64,000 nucleotides of DNA, taken from Balanoglossus misakiensis (Eukaryota; Animalia; Hemichordata). Location of the stretch: contig CM082593.2 of the NCBI GenBank assembly GCA_040954595.2, forward strand, positions 11,896,653-11,960,652, written 5' to 3'. The notes beneath the pieces were generated by a model. The model did not search any database. It was not told the origin of the DNA and was given only the letters and a program-made list of their open reading frames with translations. Made by a program: the position numbers and the translations under genes. Each line of letters begins with the position of its first letter. Position 1 is the first letter of the stretch. This document shows, piece by piece, positions 1-12,149 of this stretch.

Positions 1-1596
1 GTACTTTGTGTTATATATAACTGTTTCACTACGAAATGTTTCCTTGATGTACAGGAGCTGAGATATTTGTACAAATAGCCGATGAATTTTAAAATTGTCT
101 GTTCACTTTGCATGTACGTCACCGGGGTACGTCAACATCAGTCACCTGCACTTCTTGCGCTGCGCCAGTAGTCTGTTCCTCGTCACGTTTGTTTGTTTGG
201 TTTTGTCTCAAAGTATGAATATACACATACACCTTCTATGTATTTTAGTAGGCTTTGAAACAACTCCCTTTAATCAGAAATGTCACAGGAATTTGGCGAA
301 CAACCTAAGCTCCTTACGCGGATACGGGGCTGGCGAACCGGTACTGATGCCAGACGCCATTATTTGAAATGACGCCATTGTGTTGTCAAGAATTTGGGAA
401 ATCCGTCCAAATGAAAATATTTAGTGCAATTATATTTTATTAAGTGTTGTTATATGTAATCTGGGTCATCACTGCACTATTCGGGTACAAGTTCAACAAC
501 TGGCCGACTTCTCGTACTGGCCGACTTCTCATACGCGCGTACTGGCCGACTTCTAATCTGGCCGACTTCTCAAGTATTCCTATACATTAGTGAAAATTGG
601 GGAAACTGGTGTTTTCAGACAACTTATGAAGTCCCTTTCGCAATATTAACTCTAAAACAGCGGGTGATTTCCTTTTAAAATTTAACCAAATAAGCATACT
701 TGGGGTCAACCATCTAGAGTTTTGAAAAAGTGCCCTTTATCTAGCACCTCTGTCAGATTTTGCCAGGCTCGTAGATTTTTGTAAAATGGCCTCAAAAATA
801 AGAATTTTGGGAGGTTTGTCATATTTTTTCACCATTGTAGAATCTAAATGTTCTGAATTATTTTATTTTTAGCAATTTTGAGATTGATTCATGTTCAGTA
901 TGATAATCGCATGTCAATACAACTGTTACATTAAAGGAAAAGTTCAAATCCGCCTAAAACCACATTGCATTGGTACCTAGTTAAGTTGTCCTCACTTTTG
1001 ACGCAAAATTTTGATGTGCAATGCACGTGTCTGTGAAATTGACGAATAAAAAAATTGTATACCAGTGCAAAATTAAAAACTCCCTGTGCAGCCTTCTTGG
1101 CAACTGCATGCTGGGAAAAGTACTCGGATGATGACAAAAAAGTTTCGGGGTTCCGGGTAGTGCTACCCCGGAATACAATGTTGGGTGCGGACTCCAACTA
1201 TGGAAAAGAGATGCAGAATGTCATGTGATATAGTAGTGAAAACAAATACACGTTGGTTCACGTATTTCAGCTCTCAGCAATCAGGGTGCATTAAAAGGCC
1301 TTGATTGGTGTGATATTCACAATTGATGATTATAAATACTTACAGTTGTATACTGTTTTATTTTGTAAATATTGTGTACATTTGCAGCAATGAATCCGTG
1401 CGAACACAAACCTTAACCCATGCCGGAATGCTGGTACTTGCCAAGCAATCCAGGGATCTTGTACAGGCATCACATGTCTATGTGCTGGCTGCTACCTGGG
1501 CTTCACATGTGAAACACGTGAGTACAGTACTTTGTCATTTATTAAAAAATCTAAGTGCTGAGGTACATTGTAGTAATAATAGCAGGTGTAGTCATT

Positions 1597-1620
1597 ATCA
1601 TCATCATCATCATCATCATC
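1597..1620 (+). repeat. (CAT)n microsatellite
   Basis: atcatcatcatcatcatcatcatc; also at about 21311-21334. Confidence 0.9.
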
Positions 1621-1969
1621 TTTAAGTCAGTCAGTATGATCGGTAATAAAAACAGTAAAATCACCAGTATAAAAACATAACAGAGAAATAATGAACGTGT
1701 ACTGGTGTTACCATAGGTAAGTGTTGTATAAAATTTTGAATTCCTGTCTTCCAGTTCCTAATCCATGCTTCACTAGTCCTTGTCTCAATGGAGGTACCTG
1801 CCAACAACAGGCAAATTCTTGTACTGCCACCATTGGCATGTGCACAGAGTGTTACTAGGGAACCAGGTGTGAGACAAGTAAGTTTGAATCTATAGCAGTT
1901 AATAATGATAATTATCATTTTTATTATGATTTAAACTTCACTGATGTTGTACAAACACAAAAATAGAAA

Positions 1970-2424
1970 TAATAATAATAATAATAATTTATTTGTATAG
2001 CGTCAGTATCCACAAAAAATGTGATCAATGACGCTTAAAGCAAAAGTACAATACAACAAATGGCTAAAAAAACAGATTTAAAAAGTAAAGTTTTAACATT
2101 TGATTTAAAAACAGATAAGTCTGGTGCCTGGCGAATGGTGAGTGGAAGATTATTCCAAAGAATTGGAGCAGCAACAGTAAAAGCACGATCACCATAACTC
2201 TTGGTGCGTGATCGAACAGGGCAGAGTTTGTACTGATCTGCTGACCTTAAATTGCGACACGGAACATATAGATTAGTCATGCTAGAAAGATAGATTGGAC
2301 CAAGTTTATGAATGGATTTAAAAATGAGAACTAACATCTTAAAAACAATACGCTCTGTAACAGGTAGCCAGTGCAACTGATACAAAATTGGAGTGATGTG
2401 ACAGGTGATTGAACGAGTAACAAT
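1970..2424 (-). mobile_element. 5'-truncated L2/CR1-group LINE (3' end of ORF2 plus (ATT)n tail)
   Basis: ORF 2035-2385 has LHWLPV..RIVFKML.LIFK and YGDRAF.VAAP.LWN.LP. There is an (AAT)n tract at the 3' end and a flanking tagaaa duplication. Empty site in copy 3 (about 38642). Also at about 21684-22138. Confidence 0.9.
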
Positions 2425-2654
2425 TAGAAAGGGACAGCAGCTTAGCTCTATTCCGTTTCCAAAGTGTTTGTTCTTTTAAACTACCTGTGCATTTTTTTTA
2501 TTTATTCTGATTATGCTAATATGCTAATTTGTTGGTTTGTCACATCACAATTTTTGTAGGAAACTCACCCCTGGGAATTTTTTTCAGCCACTTACATACA
2601 TTCATAATCACATGACATTGATGATCATGGAAAATTTGACCCTTTTCCTTGTAG

Positions 2655-2777
2655 GACTCAACCAGTGTCCACCAAATCCGTGCCAGAATGGTGGCTTCTG
2701 TCAACCGGCTCGAAATTCCTGCTTTGATCTCACCTGCATATGTACTGGTTGCTACAAAGGTGATAGGTGTGAGATAT
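2655..2777 (+). CDS. Intact EGF-like exon (G)LNQCPPNPCQNGGFCQPARNSCFDLTCICTGCYKGDRCEI
   Basis: Acceptor ccttgtag|, donor |gtaagt, 123 bp, open frame, 8 Cys. Also at 22369-22491 and 38853-38975. Confidence 0.85.
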
Positions 2778-3446
2778 GTAAGTATACAGCGCAGTCTCTT
2801 TTACCTTTTGTCTCTGATGCATTCAAATACTGCATGTTTCCTGAACATAGGTGTAGCCATCACCACAGCAGAGCTTGGAGCGTTCTTGACATCGAATGCA
2901 AGATTACACTCTTCCCAATCAAAATCACTTTCGTAGCGCATAATGTCTTGATTGTCTTAGTTCAAGAAACATTATGCGCGACTGGCCAATTTTACTGCCT
3001 TTTGTCAACACACATCCACTATGGAAATTCTCACTCCAGGCCAGATAGTGTAAATTTGCATATGAGTCTACAGGTATGCCTGAAGTCAAGTCAAGCATTT
3101 GCAAGGAACCCTCCTCCAGTACACAGGTCTTTGATTTCATGAAGGGAAGCCCTTGCCTTACAGTCACTGCCACATGATCTATGGAGGTGTGAACAACTTG
3201 ATACCAGCCTAATATAAGTTGTAGGCACAATCACTCCACACACCCTTGCCATAATTCTGCAAGGTTTTTGCCATATCTGTACTGTAGAATGAGTAGCATA
3301 GAATAAAATGGCGTCCTTTCTTAATTTCCAGTGCAAAACCCCTGTGATCCCAACCCATGTATGAATGGTGGATTTTGCCAGCAAACATCGTGCAATTTCT
3401 ATTCATGCCAGTGTGTGAACTCTTACACAGGTGACATCTGTCAAAC

Positions 3447-3975
3447 CATAGACCCTAGAGAAAGAAGGACGAGCAACTGCGGCAAAGATCAAAGGGTTTG
3501 GGGATTATCTGTATGATGATGTTCTTTTGCATATAATTAACACCCAGGACAGTTGGACAATGACTTCCTTACTTCGGCACATGTCGACCCCACCAGTGAT
3601 GTGAAAACTTGCCACCAAACTGGCACTCCTGCATTTCAGCAGCCACTGCGTTTTTTTCTAAAATTCTAAAAGTATTACGATGTCTGTGCTAATTATTATG
3701 GTTTGGTGTTCGTCTGTCGGTTGAACGGTCATTTCTAGTGCCACAAGCTTCATTTAAAAATTGTAAACAAATCATCCATGTTTTTTGCATGTCCGACTGG
3801 GCACTCATATTTCTTGGTAACGCTGACACTTTTCGTAATAATTTTATGTTTGCGTGAAGCATTGAAACAAAAATTGTGGTTTAGGGGCATTTTATTTCGC
3901 AGTGCGTTAACAATAAAACAGATTTCACGAAAACAATTTGTAAACAAACTGGCTGGATTTTCATGTGTGCGCTAT
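3447..3975. mobile_element. Left part of a P-element-like MITE (right end deleted)
   Basis: Begins catagaccctagagaaagaaggacg immediately after the EGF exon. The full element is seen at 39645-40528. Also at 23161-23689. Confidence 0.8.
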
Positions 3976-4261
3976 GCAAATACCCACATGGTAAATTAAA
4001 ACTGTTACAGGTGTATTTGATTTCCACATATGGATTACATGTGTGATAATATTGGGTGCTGGCAGTTTCAGTAAATGAACTGCTCTTAAAATTTGGGCGT
4101 CAGGGCACCCTTGACTTTGCCTGTTCCAAGCTAGAATGGTCTGTCCATATGAATATTTCTTCAGCAAGTTACAAGCAATCTTTTTAGTTTTGAATTAATA
4201 AATAGTGAAATGACTTGTGATGTTAATATGCAATTGTTGGTTGATTTACATGCATCTCCAG

Positions 4262-4384
4262 GACTCGGTCAATGTTCTCCCAATCTGTGCATGAACAACG
4301 GTATCTGTGAGCCAATCAGTAGATCGTGCAGTGCGTTTACCTGTCGCTGTCAAGGCTGTTTCATTGGAATCACCTGTGACCAAG
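4262..4384 (+). CDS. Intact EGF-like exon (G)LGQCSPNLCMNNGICEPISRSCSAFTCRCQGCFIGITCDQ
   Basis: ctccag| ... |gtaaat, 123 bp, 8 Cys. The copy 3 version (41016-41105) has a 33 bp in-frame deletion. Confidence 0.85.
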
Positions 4385-4696
4385 GTAAATTTATGAGACG
4401 AGGATCTGTTTATCCCCCATCATACCGGTATATTTGTCATAGCTGGCAGCTATGAAATTACCTGTATATTTAGGATGTGACAAACCAAATAGGCACTTTC
4501 AGGAATTGAGTCTTTTTTCAATTACCAAAGTCCTAAACTCCCAAAAGTATAATAAGTAATTCTTATTGTTCAGTTATACATTTAGGAGGCTCAGTTATAG
4601 GAGAACCCGATAGAACCACAGCTGTAGGAATTAGGGAAATGGTCATACCCTAAAAACTTATGTCACTACTATTTTTTTTTAATGCCATTGAAACAG

Positions 4697-4813
4697 AACA
4701 AACTCCATGTAGGCCAAGTCCATGCCTGAACAATGGGCGGTGTACTCAGCTGTCGTGTACAACTTATGAGTGTACTTGTCCAGGATGTTTCATCGGCACA
4801 CACTGCAGCCAGT
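4697..4813 (+). CDS. Intact EGF-like exon QTPCRPSPCLNNGRCTQLSCTTYECTCPGCFIGTHCSQ
   Basis: aaacag| ... |gtaaaa, 117 bp, 8 Cys. Translated manually; this frame is not in the ORF track. Confidence 0.8.
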
Positions 4814-5204
4814 GTAAAACTCATTAAAACAAACATTTGTCATGCAGGAACTAACATTTACAATCATGTCTCAATCCATTGTCTGTTGGTCATACTTTAT
4901 ATTTTCATCTTTAGCATCACACCTTGGGCCTTGGGAATCGGTCACCTCAAAAATGATGTACAGCTGAAAGAAAACATGTTTATTTGAAGAAAAAAATGTT
5001 GATCGTTAATGAAAATTTTCCCTACACAAGATACATATACAGAGATTTTCATAGCCCCACAAGTGCGTCCCAGAATGCGCAAGTTGTTTTTGGAAGTGAA
5101 GTTCCGTTCAGTATTTACAGTAATGGTAATGATGATGTTTTTATCAAACAGATTTTGAAAGTAAATATTGCTGAGATAACATTAGGTTGCACTTTTTATT
5201 GCAG

Positions 5205-5327
5205 TCCAAGATCCATGCCCGCGAAACAGCTGTCTCAACGGGGCTGTATGTAATGCAGTGGCCAACTCCTGCACGGCATATACCTGTGCCTGTACTGGTT
5301 GCTATGAGGGTAACCGTTGTGAAATAT
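5205..5327 (+). CDS. Intact EGF-like exon QDPCPRNSCLNGAVCNAVANSCTAYTCACTGCYEGNRCEI
   Basis: ttgcag| ... |gtaagt, 123 bp, 8 Cys. Confidence 0.85.
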
Positions 5328-5539
5328 GTAAGTTTCTGACGTACCGTAAATGACAATCTTTTGGGCACTTTCTCTTCATGGCAATTGAATTGTGTGGTAA
5401 CTTCTCATTTCTAAAATTTCCCCAAGAGAAAAGAAAGGAAAAGGAAACAGAAATTTCATTTGTATGTCCGTGCAATTTAGGATAGGCACGAACTTGTGAG
5501 GAAGTGTACGAAGCTGGATGTTTTCATCACTCAAATATA

Positions 5540-5732
5540 CAAGAGTTGCCTCTTGAAGACTAGTGTCTGTAGAGATAATTGTGCATGTGAGGTAATCTCT
5601 CCTGAGGTGGTGCACACCTCTGAGTATTAAGTAAAAGAGACGTCCTTAATTATCCTTACTATTTGGCTTGAAAAATCAATCTTACTAGGTGTTCTGATTA
5701 GAGAGGTGTCCATAAAGACAGGTTTTACTGTA
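5540..5732 (-). mobile_element. Possible Tc1/mariner (pogo/Tigger-like) MITE end
   Basis: Ends gagaggtgtccataaagacaggttttactg|ta (reverse complement TA-CAGTAAAACCTG...GGACACCTCTC). A related end is at about 19342-19380. The other terminus was not identified. Confidence 0.4.
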
Positions 5733-6833
5733 TTACCCAAAATAGAGACATTGTCCCTTCATCATATACTTAATGCGTGTTCTGGGTATGGTTCCAGTAT
5801 AATGCTTGTGTCAAAGGATTTTGTTGTGGTGCAGGAATCATCTTTGGTTGAGGTGTAGCCATCTGCATTTCATGTGTTTTAAACTATTTTTTTTCTGATT
5901 GTCATTAACCCATGTGATCAGAATCCGTGTCAAAATGGAGGCTATTGTTCCAAAACACCAAATTCTTATACTGACTACACCTGTTACTGCCAGTAGTGTT
6001 GGACTGGGGCCATCTGTGCCGTAGGTGTGTCGAATTACTGTTTTATGACACAGCGTGGTATATAAACCCTCATTTTTGGTATTCTCAATGTGATAGATGG
6101 ACCCATACACCAATAAATGGGGTGGAAGCATTACTAAGTTTCATCCTTTCAAAATTTGCTGATGTAGGGTCAAAATTGAGTGTGAGGTGCATGTTAAAAA
6201 GGAAAGCCTTCTGTATCATGTTGATGGCACATTTTTTTAATTTTTCAAGATTCTTACAGAAAAATCCTAGCAATAGCATCATTATGTTATTTTAAATGTA
6301 AAGGTTTGAAACAAGGAATAAAGACATTGCTCACATATTTAAACGAAATGGACATCACAAGTACATGTAGAAGTTTTTGACAAGCAGGTAATTGATACTT
6401 TCATTTTTGTTTTGGCAGCCATTGATCAGTTATACCCTATGCCTTGTCAAAATGGTGGCACATGCGTTGCGTGAGACGGCTGTTTCCTGTTTGACTGTAT
6501 GTGTACCGAATGCTTCACTGGTGCCACATGTACAATGCGTAAGTACTAACCAATATTATTTTATTCAATGCAAAACACTTGTTATATATTATATAATATA
6601 AGTACGGTACACATATTAAAGCCCTGGTAACTCAAACTTTGGGCTAGCTTAATGTTATCACTATTTTTGTTTTCGGTTGCAACTGTGGTTTCTTGTCACA
6701 CTCTAAAGGATTTCACTGCATTTGGTTTTTCAAAACAGCCCTTTGGTTGTTGTCATGTATACATGTACATGACTGTGGAGTGTAGTTTGTAGATTCTGTA
6801 ATTTTGACAATATCTTGACTGCACATCCCACAG

Positions 6834-6956
6834 CTGTCAACCAGTGTCAACCCATCCAGTGTCGGAATGGTGGAAACTGTGTGCTGACGCCCAATTGGTG
6901 TACTGAATTCACATGCTCCTGTACAAGCTGTTACTCCGGCGATTTATGTCAGACAT
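6834..6956 (+). CDS. Intact EGF-like exon VNQCQPIQCRNGGNCVLTPNWCTEFTCSCTSCYSGDLCQT
   Basis: ccacag| ... |gtgagt, 123 bp, 8 Cys. Copy 2 (26551-26673) has the third Cys changed to Gly. Confidence 0.85.
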
Positions 6957-8039
6957 GTGAGTGATTTTAAATTTCAGATGAAGAGGAACATAATAACATA
7001 ACACATAATCGGCTTGCAGTTGGTTTCTTCCAACCTGTATCAAACAGTGAATAACGACACAATTTTGGGGAAATTTATTAAGAATGTGTGTGCCATAAAA
7101 GGGGATTGTGTATTTGACCAAATAACAACCTGCACCGTATGGTACACTAAGACACTATTACACCTGTGTCAAAATTTCATTACGTTTCTTTTGTTGAACA
7201 TGGAAGAAATTTGTCACAGTGATGTTCTGTTGACCAACTGAGATTTTTACCACTCAACCCTAACTGCACAAATCTGTTTAAAGTATATGTAGTAAATATT
7301 AACTGTACACAATTTATATCACTTTCTCTTCTGTGCACAGATTTGAATCCGTGTCAGCCCAACCCTTGTCTAAACAGTGGATTCTGCCAGCAAGTGTCCT
7401 GCACCGAGTTCAGATGCCAGAGTCCACGCTGTTTCATCGGAACCACGTGCGCTGAACGTAAGCAAACCAGTGTCAGATTTGCCGCACAAAGTAGAAATCG
7501 CTGGGCTTTGTCATTGATATTGTCTGAATAAAGTTGCCTGTGATTGTGCAGCTAACCAAGAGACTTATATGCACTACGGTAGCCATGATGAATACTTTCA
7601 TTGACTCAAATGCTCATCAGTGTAGATGTTGCTATTTTTCCAACCGTAAATTGAAACATCAGAAAGTTATGACATCAACTACCCCCACCCCCACCCCACC
7701 CACCCCCAACTAGTAAATATTATAAGATGCTGTAATTATGATAAAGATGGTAGCACCAAGCTTGGATCAAGTGGTCTTCATAATCCTTCACACATGAACA
7801 TGATCACACGGATGTGCAATCTTCTGACAGTCTGCTACAGATTTCACTTCCCACTCAAGTGTGTAAGACCCTAATGTGATACTTTTCATTTCTCTCACCC
7901 TTAGCGATCAACCAGTGTCTTCTAAACCCATGTCTGAATAACGGAGTGTATCAGCCACTTCAAGGCTCCTGCTCAATCTACACCTGCAACTGTCCAACCT
8001 GCTACACTGGGCAAACATGTGTTACATGTAAGTCACAAG

Positions 8040-9000
8040 TTTTTAGGTCCCATTGGTATGTACCATGGGAACTTATGGGATTGGTTACGTCTGTATGTAT
8101 GGATGGATGGATGGATGTATGTCTGTATGTCCGTCCACATGAAAAACTTGAAAACCACAGCGCGTATGACCTCGATATTTGGCGTGTAGATGCAGGCAGG
8201 GCTGTAGATGGGAGTTTGTTCAAATGAAGATGTCATTGCCAAAAATATGCAAATTAGCTGGGAAAATGTGAAATTGGTCAAAACTCAAAAACTGGACAAC
8301 CACTGGTCATATTGATTTGAAAAATGGTATGCATGTACCTTATATCAACCTCATACAACCCTGTATGTTTTGAGCTAATATTATCGATTTCCTATTTTTT
8401 TTGCATTTATTTGTATTTTTCCATGTTATTGGTAAAAGTCTTTGAAATTTAGTATGAAGCCTCCTAATGTTGTCTAAGTAACCATAGTTTTGTTCAAATT
8501 GTTGCAAAATTTGCATATCTATAATTTTGAGCATTATTTGCCATTTTTGGTCAAAAAATGTTTTTCTTTAAAACCTCATGCCAGATTGCTTTGCAATTTG
8601 GTAGGCATGTTCGTAGGGGTAACCTAAATAATATGTTGTAAAAAATGTGATATTTGCATAAATGTGTTATCGGGGAAACTTTTGCAATTTTTGTCAAAAA
8701 TTGTTTTCACTGAAACCGCTTGTCCTATTGCATTGAACTTAGGCAGCATGTTCCTTGTAGTGATTGAAGTAAGATATTGTACAATTTTGGTGATATTTGC
8801 ATATTTGTGTTTTTGCCACTTTTGAACAAATATTTTCTGTGAAACTGCTTGTTGGATTGCTTTGAAATTAGTTTTTTCTCTGATTGCTTTGAAATTTAGG
8901 ATATAATTTCATAACACATACCTGTATATGTGCAACTTTTATTCAATTCTGAGATCAGAAAGATTAAATATTTAGCGAGTTTTTTTGGTAAGTTTCTTTG
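8040..9000 (+). mobile_element. Helentron/DINE-1-like non-autonomous element (3' boundary uncertain)
   Basis: T-run, then short inverted repeat aggtccca...tgggacct (clear in copy 2 at about 27762-27791), then tetranucleotide microsatellite (tgga/tgta/gtcc)n, then degenerate internal repeats (gattgctttgaaatt). Confidence 0.6.
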
Positions 9001-10479
9001 TTTTTGGTTAGCAAATCTTCTCCTAAACAAATTGTCCAGTTGTTTTTAAAGTTACTATTTACAAGGAGTTGTTACCTCGAACAAAGACATGTTTACATAA
9101 CTTAAATAGGCCAGCTGTTACAGAGACCACCAGCTATCACATTTTAATTACCAGTGGCAGGTCAGTGTGTGTCTGTTCCAGGGCTGACTGAAAGAAGTTG
9201 CTTCGCATATGTGTTTGTGTACAGACAATTTTTGGTCAATTTTTTTTTCTAGCACCACTTGTAAGACTGCCATGACACATGACAGTTTATTGGGCATGTT
9301 CCTTGTTAATGTTTTTACATTGCATATTTCTATATGGTCAGATCATAAGTGCTTGCAAATGTCACCTGTAATTTTTATTCTGCTGTGTCACTGTTTCCGC
9401 ATAATCCTCAAATGTCATCAGATCTCCGAATGTGATGAAAACAGTGTGTTTTGAGTGGGGTTTTTTAATGACCTTTTGGGTTAAAAGTGGCAAAAATGGC
9501 AATTTTGTCTTCAAAGGGGTCAATAAGACTGACTTTTTTGGAATCAGCACCATTTTTTACATTGAATGGACTAGTCTGCTCAAACTTTCCTTACCAAAAA
9601 TTCTGTTTAATCTTCTGTAACATGTATACTAGTGTACATGTAGCTGCCTGATAGTTTGCCCTGTGTGTGTAATTGCTGAGTGACATAACGCATTCTGTGA
9701 TTGATGCAGTCACGTAACCACCAATCGAACGATTGTTATAAGGAGAACTGCACGACCTTTAACGGCATTAGCATACCTGATTTTTAGGGCTCGATATTAC
9801 CTCTGAGGACGCAATATTTAAGTTGAAGTTTTTTTATTTTATCATATTAGAGCAAGAAGACTTGTCTTTTATGTAAAAGAAATAGACCCTAATATACAGA
9901 GTGCATGTTGAAACGATAGGCAGTTCCGGCCCATAGCCTAATTCTTCATTTTTCTGTCATGCGTAGGAATTGATTAGTGCTAACAACCCATGTCAAAATG
10001 GCAGCACTTGCCAACCCTAACCTCGTGTGTGGCATTGACGTGCACCTGCCAAGGATGCTTTACTGGGAGCGCTGTGAAAATTGTCAGTCAGTTTCTTTTG
10101 TCAAATTAATCAATATGTGTGGGACTGCTATACATGTATATAAAACAGAATACTGCGATGGAAAATTCTATAACTTAATGTTTCAGTGGATATATGACTT
10201 AAAGTTAGCAGTATGCAGTGAATTCAACAGAAAGTGTAATTTCCTCTTGTGTGAGCTCTGTGCGACTGTGCCAATGAAAATCTCACCACAAACAAAAATG
10301 ACAGGTATACACTGTATATTAGCAGCTTTGTCTCTGTAATAGCCATAGTGTTTTGAAGTTGAAAACTTGCAAAGTGTGCAGTTTTATTCACTCTACAAAG
10401 GAAACATTGTTGAAACGGATTATCTGTGTACATTGTCAAACTGTACACTTGTCGTGAGATTTATTCTCAATTATATTAC

Positions 10480-10800
10480 TAGTATATCATGCTACCGTCC
10501 GCAACTCTGATTGGACGAGAGCTAAATCCAGCGATGCTAAAATTAAGCAATAAAACACCCCCAGCCATGGTATATCACGAGATTTTGACCAGTTCACGAC
10601 ATATACGCACGAGCGATAGCGAGTGCGTATATGGAGTTGAACTGGTCAAAATCGAGTGGTATACCATGGCTGGGGGTGTTTTATTGCTATTATATTATGC
10701 CAGTATATTGAAACTTTGCATAAAACATTTTAAAAAGGCATTTTCTTCAACTCTGATTGGACGAGAGCTAAATCCAGCAATGCTAAAATACTCAATAATG
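10480..10800. mobile_element. Palindromic element resembling non-autonomous Crypton-type repeats
   Basis: Hairpin agcaataaaacacccccagccatggtata...tataccatggctgggggtgttttattgct (about 10546-10688), bracketed by a direct repeat of about 40 bp (ctctgattggacgagagctaaatccagcRatgctaaaat). Confidence 0.55.
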
Positions 10801-10834
10801 CACTGCTGGCAGTGGTAAAACGGGCTTTCTGTTT

Positions 10835-11655
10835 GCCACATGGGTTTGTTCTTTAGGTTGTTGTATGTGTTTACACCCATCATGTTTATTGTAGAACCAG
10901 GGTCGATCAGTGAGGCAAATGCTGTTTGTTCTATCTGCACTGTTACTCGAGGCCTCCTGCCATTTGATTGTTGTACAGTGAAGCAGTATTCATCTCCCGA
11001 GCTGTCTTCCACTTTATGCACAGCTTTGACAGTTTTATCCTTGTCTACCCTATTTGCCTTGCCTTTTGAATGGTAGCATTTGGCTAAATGGTTAGGTTTG
11101 CCACACTTCCTGCATGACTTGCCTTTAGCTGGACATACTGAGTCATGTGGATAGGTGCCACCACAATAATAACAAGTGGACGGTCCTTTCGCTGGCTGCT
11201 GATGAGCTCTCTTTTGTTTATTTGGTTTCGGGCGTTGGTGGCGCTGTTTTCTGACCGCATTCACAGATGCCGTATCTGCACCATTATTTTGGGTTTTCTC
11301 CTCAATCCCACTAGCCTGAACCTCTGATACCTCAAATGAACAGGCTGTACTCAGTAGATTCTCTAGTGTCGTCTCCTCCCGAAGAGCACGACGTCTGAGA
11401 CGGGCTGATGTGAATCCTCGTATGATTTGTGATTTGACCTCTTGATCCGGCTAGCTGATTCTCCATGTTCTCTGTCCTCGTCGCAAAATATAGAATCGTG
11501 GGTGGGCAATAATGACAACACGAGACACCAAGTCCGGCATGTAAGAGTGAGAGTGCCTAGCCTCATTCACGCACTTTATTCATAATGACCCGAATGTTTA
11601 CGTCATTTTACAGAATGTATAAAGTATAGATGCTCACCAGTGTTTGGACACTACA
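10835..11655 (-). mobile_element. Gypsy (Mag-like) LTR retrotransposon remnant, copy 1 (internally deleted)
   Basis: ORF 10695-11264 has CYYCGG..PH...CPAKGKSCRKCGKPNH.AKC zinc knuckles and an LIDPGS protease-like motif. LTR at about 11489-11655. Confidence 0.88.
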
Positions 11656-12149
11656 ATATACATGTGACTGCAGTGTCTTTCCAATCATGAATTTGCAAGG
11701 TGTCCTTCGGAGAAAATCTTCTGATTCTCTTTTCTGATTTGCTTTGCATATATGACTTAATGATCTCATTTGTTGGAATTCCCTGTCCCAAATTTTTGAT
11801 GATCAGTCTCTGCCCCATTGCTCATCGTCCCAACTTTCTTGTGTATTGAAAACCAGGAATCAACCAATGCGATCCCAATCCGTGCTTGAACAGTGGTTTC
11901 TGCCAGATGACATCTGGATCATGTGAACTGTACACATGTTTCTGTCAGAATTGTTTTCACTGGTGACCTTTGTGAACAAAGTAAGTTTTGATTTATTGTC
12001 TTGGGATAATAATTTATACAGTTTAAAGTATCACCATTTCTTTCAATATGTAGATTTTTTGTTTTTCTCTACAAGTGTAATCAAGATCTGCATGAAAATT
12101 TGTGTCGCTGTCACCGAACCCAGCTAGTCCATACAACCAACAGTATGAA

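Larger units (their letters stand above)
1388..11980 (+). pseudogene. Multi-exon tandem EGF-like repeat protein (fibropellin/Notch-like modules, 8-Cys variant), copy 1, disabled
   Basis: Phase-1 exons read by eye: 1388-1517 (130 bp, frameshift), 1755-1877 (TAG at 1856), 2655-2777, 3332-3446 (donor lost to a transposon), 4262-4384, 4697-4813, 5205-5327, 5902-6024 (acceptor AG>TG, TAG), 6419-6538 (TGA), 6834-6956, 7341-7457, 7905-8027, 9967-10082 (frameshifts), 11857-11980 (124 bp, frameshift). Each encodes N[PQ]CxPNPCxNGGxC...CxCxxC[FY]xGxxC. No start or signal-peptide exon and no terminal exon were seen. Confidence 0.9.

Noticed and set aside
499-571. Regularly spaced ctggccgacttct repeats resembling a CRISPR array
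   Set aside because: Spacers are only a few bp, the motif is mirrored in inverted form at the other end of a TSD-flanked element, there are no cas genes, and the DNA is eukaryotic.
1323-1625. ORF ending in a poly-His run
   Set aside because: It is an off-frame read through an EGF exon and intron. The His run is a (CAT)n microsatellite.
2537-3142. 201-aa ORF as a standalone gene
   Set aside because: Only the 41 codons between the AG and GT sites are EGF-like. The rest is intron read-through, conserved only because the copies are recent.
1856-6476. In-frame TAG/TGA as stop-codon reassignment or selenocysteine
   Set aside because: The stops are not at Cys positions, fit single C>T-type changes, and co-occur with frameshifts, lost splice sites and transposon insertions.
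1388-11980. Assignment to Notch, Delta, crumbs or fibropellin
   Set aside because: No LNR, ankyrin, DSL, laminin-G, CUB or avidin domains were seen, and the 8-Cys pattern is atypical of those proteins. No gene symbol is justified.
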